Assembly: GCA_028716265.1 (NCBI GenBank)
Contig: JAQUQD010000006.1
Location: forward strand, 3,176-67,175
DNA: 64,000 nucleotides
Direction: 5' to 3'
From: Bacteroidales bacterium
GTDB taxonomy: Bacteria > Bacteroidota > Bacteroidia > Bacteroidales > JAGONC01
Part shown: in pieces, positions 62,815 through 64,000 of the stretch
Layout of the letters: each line of letters begins with the position of its first letter
Numbering within the stretch: the stretch's first letter is position 1
The notes under the pieces: model-generated
The model's input: only the letters and a program-made list of their open reading frames with translations
Databases searched by the model: none
Told to the model about the DNA's origin: nothing
Made by a program: the position numbers and the translations under genes

Positions 62815-63889
62815 TTTCAGGTTCTATACGGATAATTTCAACAGGGATTCGGATGGTAATAAGGGCACCGTGAGGATCGTGATTAGCAACCGTGATCGTA
62901 CCGTTGTGAGCATGAATAAATCCTCTGCTGATGGATAAGCCCAGTCCCAGACCACTTTTTCCAGAATCACCACGACTGGAGAATTTATCAAAAACCTTAT
63001 CCACACTTTGCTTTTCAAATCCGGGACCGTCATCGGATATCAGAAATATCAGGTCATTCTTTTCAATCGACGCCCTGATGTTGACCGAAGTCCCCGGCGG
63101 CGTATGTACAGTGATGTTGTGCATTATATTGAAAAGGGCCTGTTCCATTAAACCAAAGTCCATTTTAACCATGGGAACATTTTCCGGTACCAGGATAGAA
63201 ACGGGAAACTTCTCGATTTCTGGCCTTAACCTGTTCACCACAGTATGGATCAACTCATTTACATCACACCAGTCCAGTTTTGGCCGGAGCATCCCTGACT
63301 CCAGACGAGACATATTCAACAAATTGTCTACCAATCGGTTAAGTCGCGTGGAGGCAAGAAGGATCTCATCCTGCAGGAACAATCTGTCAGCGTCCTGGAT
63401 TTTTTTATGCCGGCCAATCAGGGTTTCAGCCGCACCCATAATGGTGGTCAGGGGGGTCCGAAGTTCATGGGAGATTGAATTGAACAGGGCATTGTACAGC
63501 TTTAGGGCCTGGAGCCTATGTTCTCTTTGTTGAACCTGCCTTTCAAAATGCCGGATCCTCGATGTGAGAATTCCGTTCAAAAGGGCAATCGTAAGAAACA
63601 TGGCGAGCATCAGTACATCTTCTGTAGTATTGACATGAAAGGTGTAATGGGGCGGGATGAAGAAAAAATCCCATATCATGGCACTGAGCACAGCTGCTAT
63701 CAAAACCGGATAAAGACTAAATACGATGGCCAGCAACGAGACATTAAACAGAAGTACGAGTGCCACAGCACGATATCCAATCACATCCGAAATGAAAAAG
63801 CAAATCAGTGCAACAACAAGGGTGACAGAAATACTTATCAGGTATTGAATAGGGCGTTTCCTGCCTGTATAGTCAGTTGATCTGATCAT
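62807..63889 (-). CDS. kdpD: Sensor histidine kinase, KdpD C-terminal half (DUF4118 membrane domain + HisKA + HATPase)
   Basis: 360-aa ORF with a KdpD-type 4-TM module (WDFFFIPPHYTF), H-box ISHELRTPLT and G2 GLGLGLSISRG. It has no KdpD N-terminal/Usp part and overlaps kdpE by 8 nt. Confidence 0.8.
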   Translation of the reverse strand: MIRSTDYTGRKRPIQYLISISVTLVVALICFFISDVIGYRAVALVLLFNVSLLAIVFSLYPVLIAAVLSAMIWDFFFIPPHYTFHVNTTEDVLMLAMFLTIALLNGILTSRIRHFERQVQQREHRLQALKLYNALFNSISHELRTPLTTIMGAAETLIGRHKKIQDADRLFLQDEILLASTRLNRLVDNLLNMSRLESGMLRPKLDWCDVNELIHTVVNRLRPEIEKFPVSILVPENVPMVKMDFGLMEQALFNIMHNITVHTPPGTSVNIRASIEKNDLIFLISDDGPGFEKQSVDKVFDKFSSRGDSGKSGLGLGLSISRGFIHAHNGTITVANHDPHGALITIRIPVEIIRIEPENE

Positions 63890-64000
63890 TTTTCAGGGAT
63901 AAGCACCTGGCCAATCAGGAACTACATGCATTGTCCACCAAAGGTACAATAAAAATGGGTGAATTTTGAAATCATGAGGATGGAGTCAATGCTTCAGGGC

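Noticed and set aside
63886-64000. Possible 3' end of an upstream KdpD N-terminal-domain gene overlapping the kinase start
   Set aside because: The frame that would give an ATGA overlap hits a TAG only 11 codons upstream. No supported partial CDS could be defined in the last 110 nt.
1-64000. Prophage, integrative element, transposon or known defence system
   Set aside because: No integrase, transposase, recombinase, phage structural genes, restriction-modification genes, cas genes or other recognisable defence genes are present in any frame that I could identify.

Overview
This is a 64-kb chromosomal segment that looks Bacteroidota-like: it has several T9SS C-terminal sorting domains, many lipoproteins, ATGA-type translational coupling and one sigma-54 promoter. 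All calls rest on reading the supplied ORF translations and the raw sequence by eye; no database search or folding was run.

Housekeeping and catabolic genes:
- ALDH7-type aldehyde dehydrogenase, PPK2, a GH13 enzyme, pyruvate kinase, dnaX and pruA.
- A wtpA-lipoprotein-wtpB-wtpC tungstate/molybdate transporter, ttcA and ggt.
- An araA-SSS-araD-araB block and a xylB-xylA block.
- selC (tRNA-Sec)-selA-selB, a split KdpD-like kinase with KdpE, and tRNA-Ala(CGC).

Several regions look accessory or unusual:
1. The left ~7.6 kb is AT-rich and littered with gene relics (radC, pruA and guaA fragments). It also holds a MITE-like palindrome, a GC-rich G-tract hairpin and a pair of ~55-bp direct repeats bracketing a MutS-related ATPase and a T9SS cargo gene.
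2. A family of 7-8-bp-period tandem repeats (GGCAGTNG, ACAATTTR, ATGAARA, CCTGAAGA) fills at least six intergenic spacers. An identical 19-mer lies 8-15 nt upstream of three unrelated start codons. An in-frame low-complexity insertion of similar composition sits inside selB.
3. A hybrid histidine kinase and a sigma-54 activator lie next to a near-consensus -24/-12 promoter that drives a membrane-anchored coiled-coil protein.
4. A translationally coupled operon of exported proteins ends in a tri-modular LRR protein.
5. A five-gene transglutaminase operon is flanked by two paralogous membrane proteins.

No integrase, transposase, CRISPR array, rRNA or recognisable defence system was seen.
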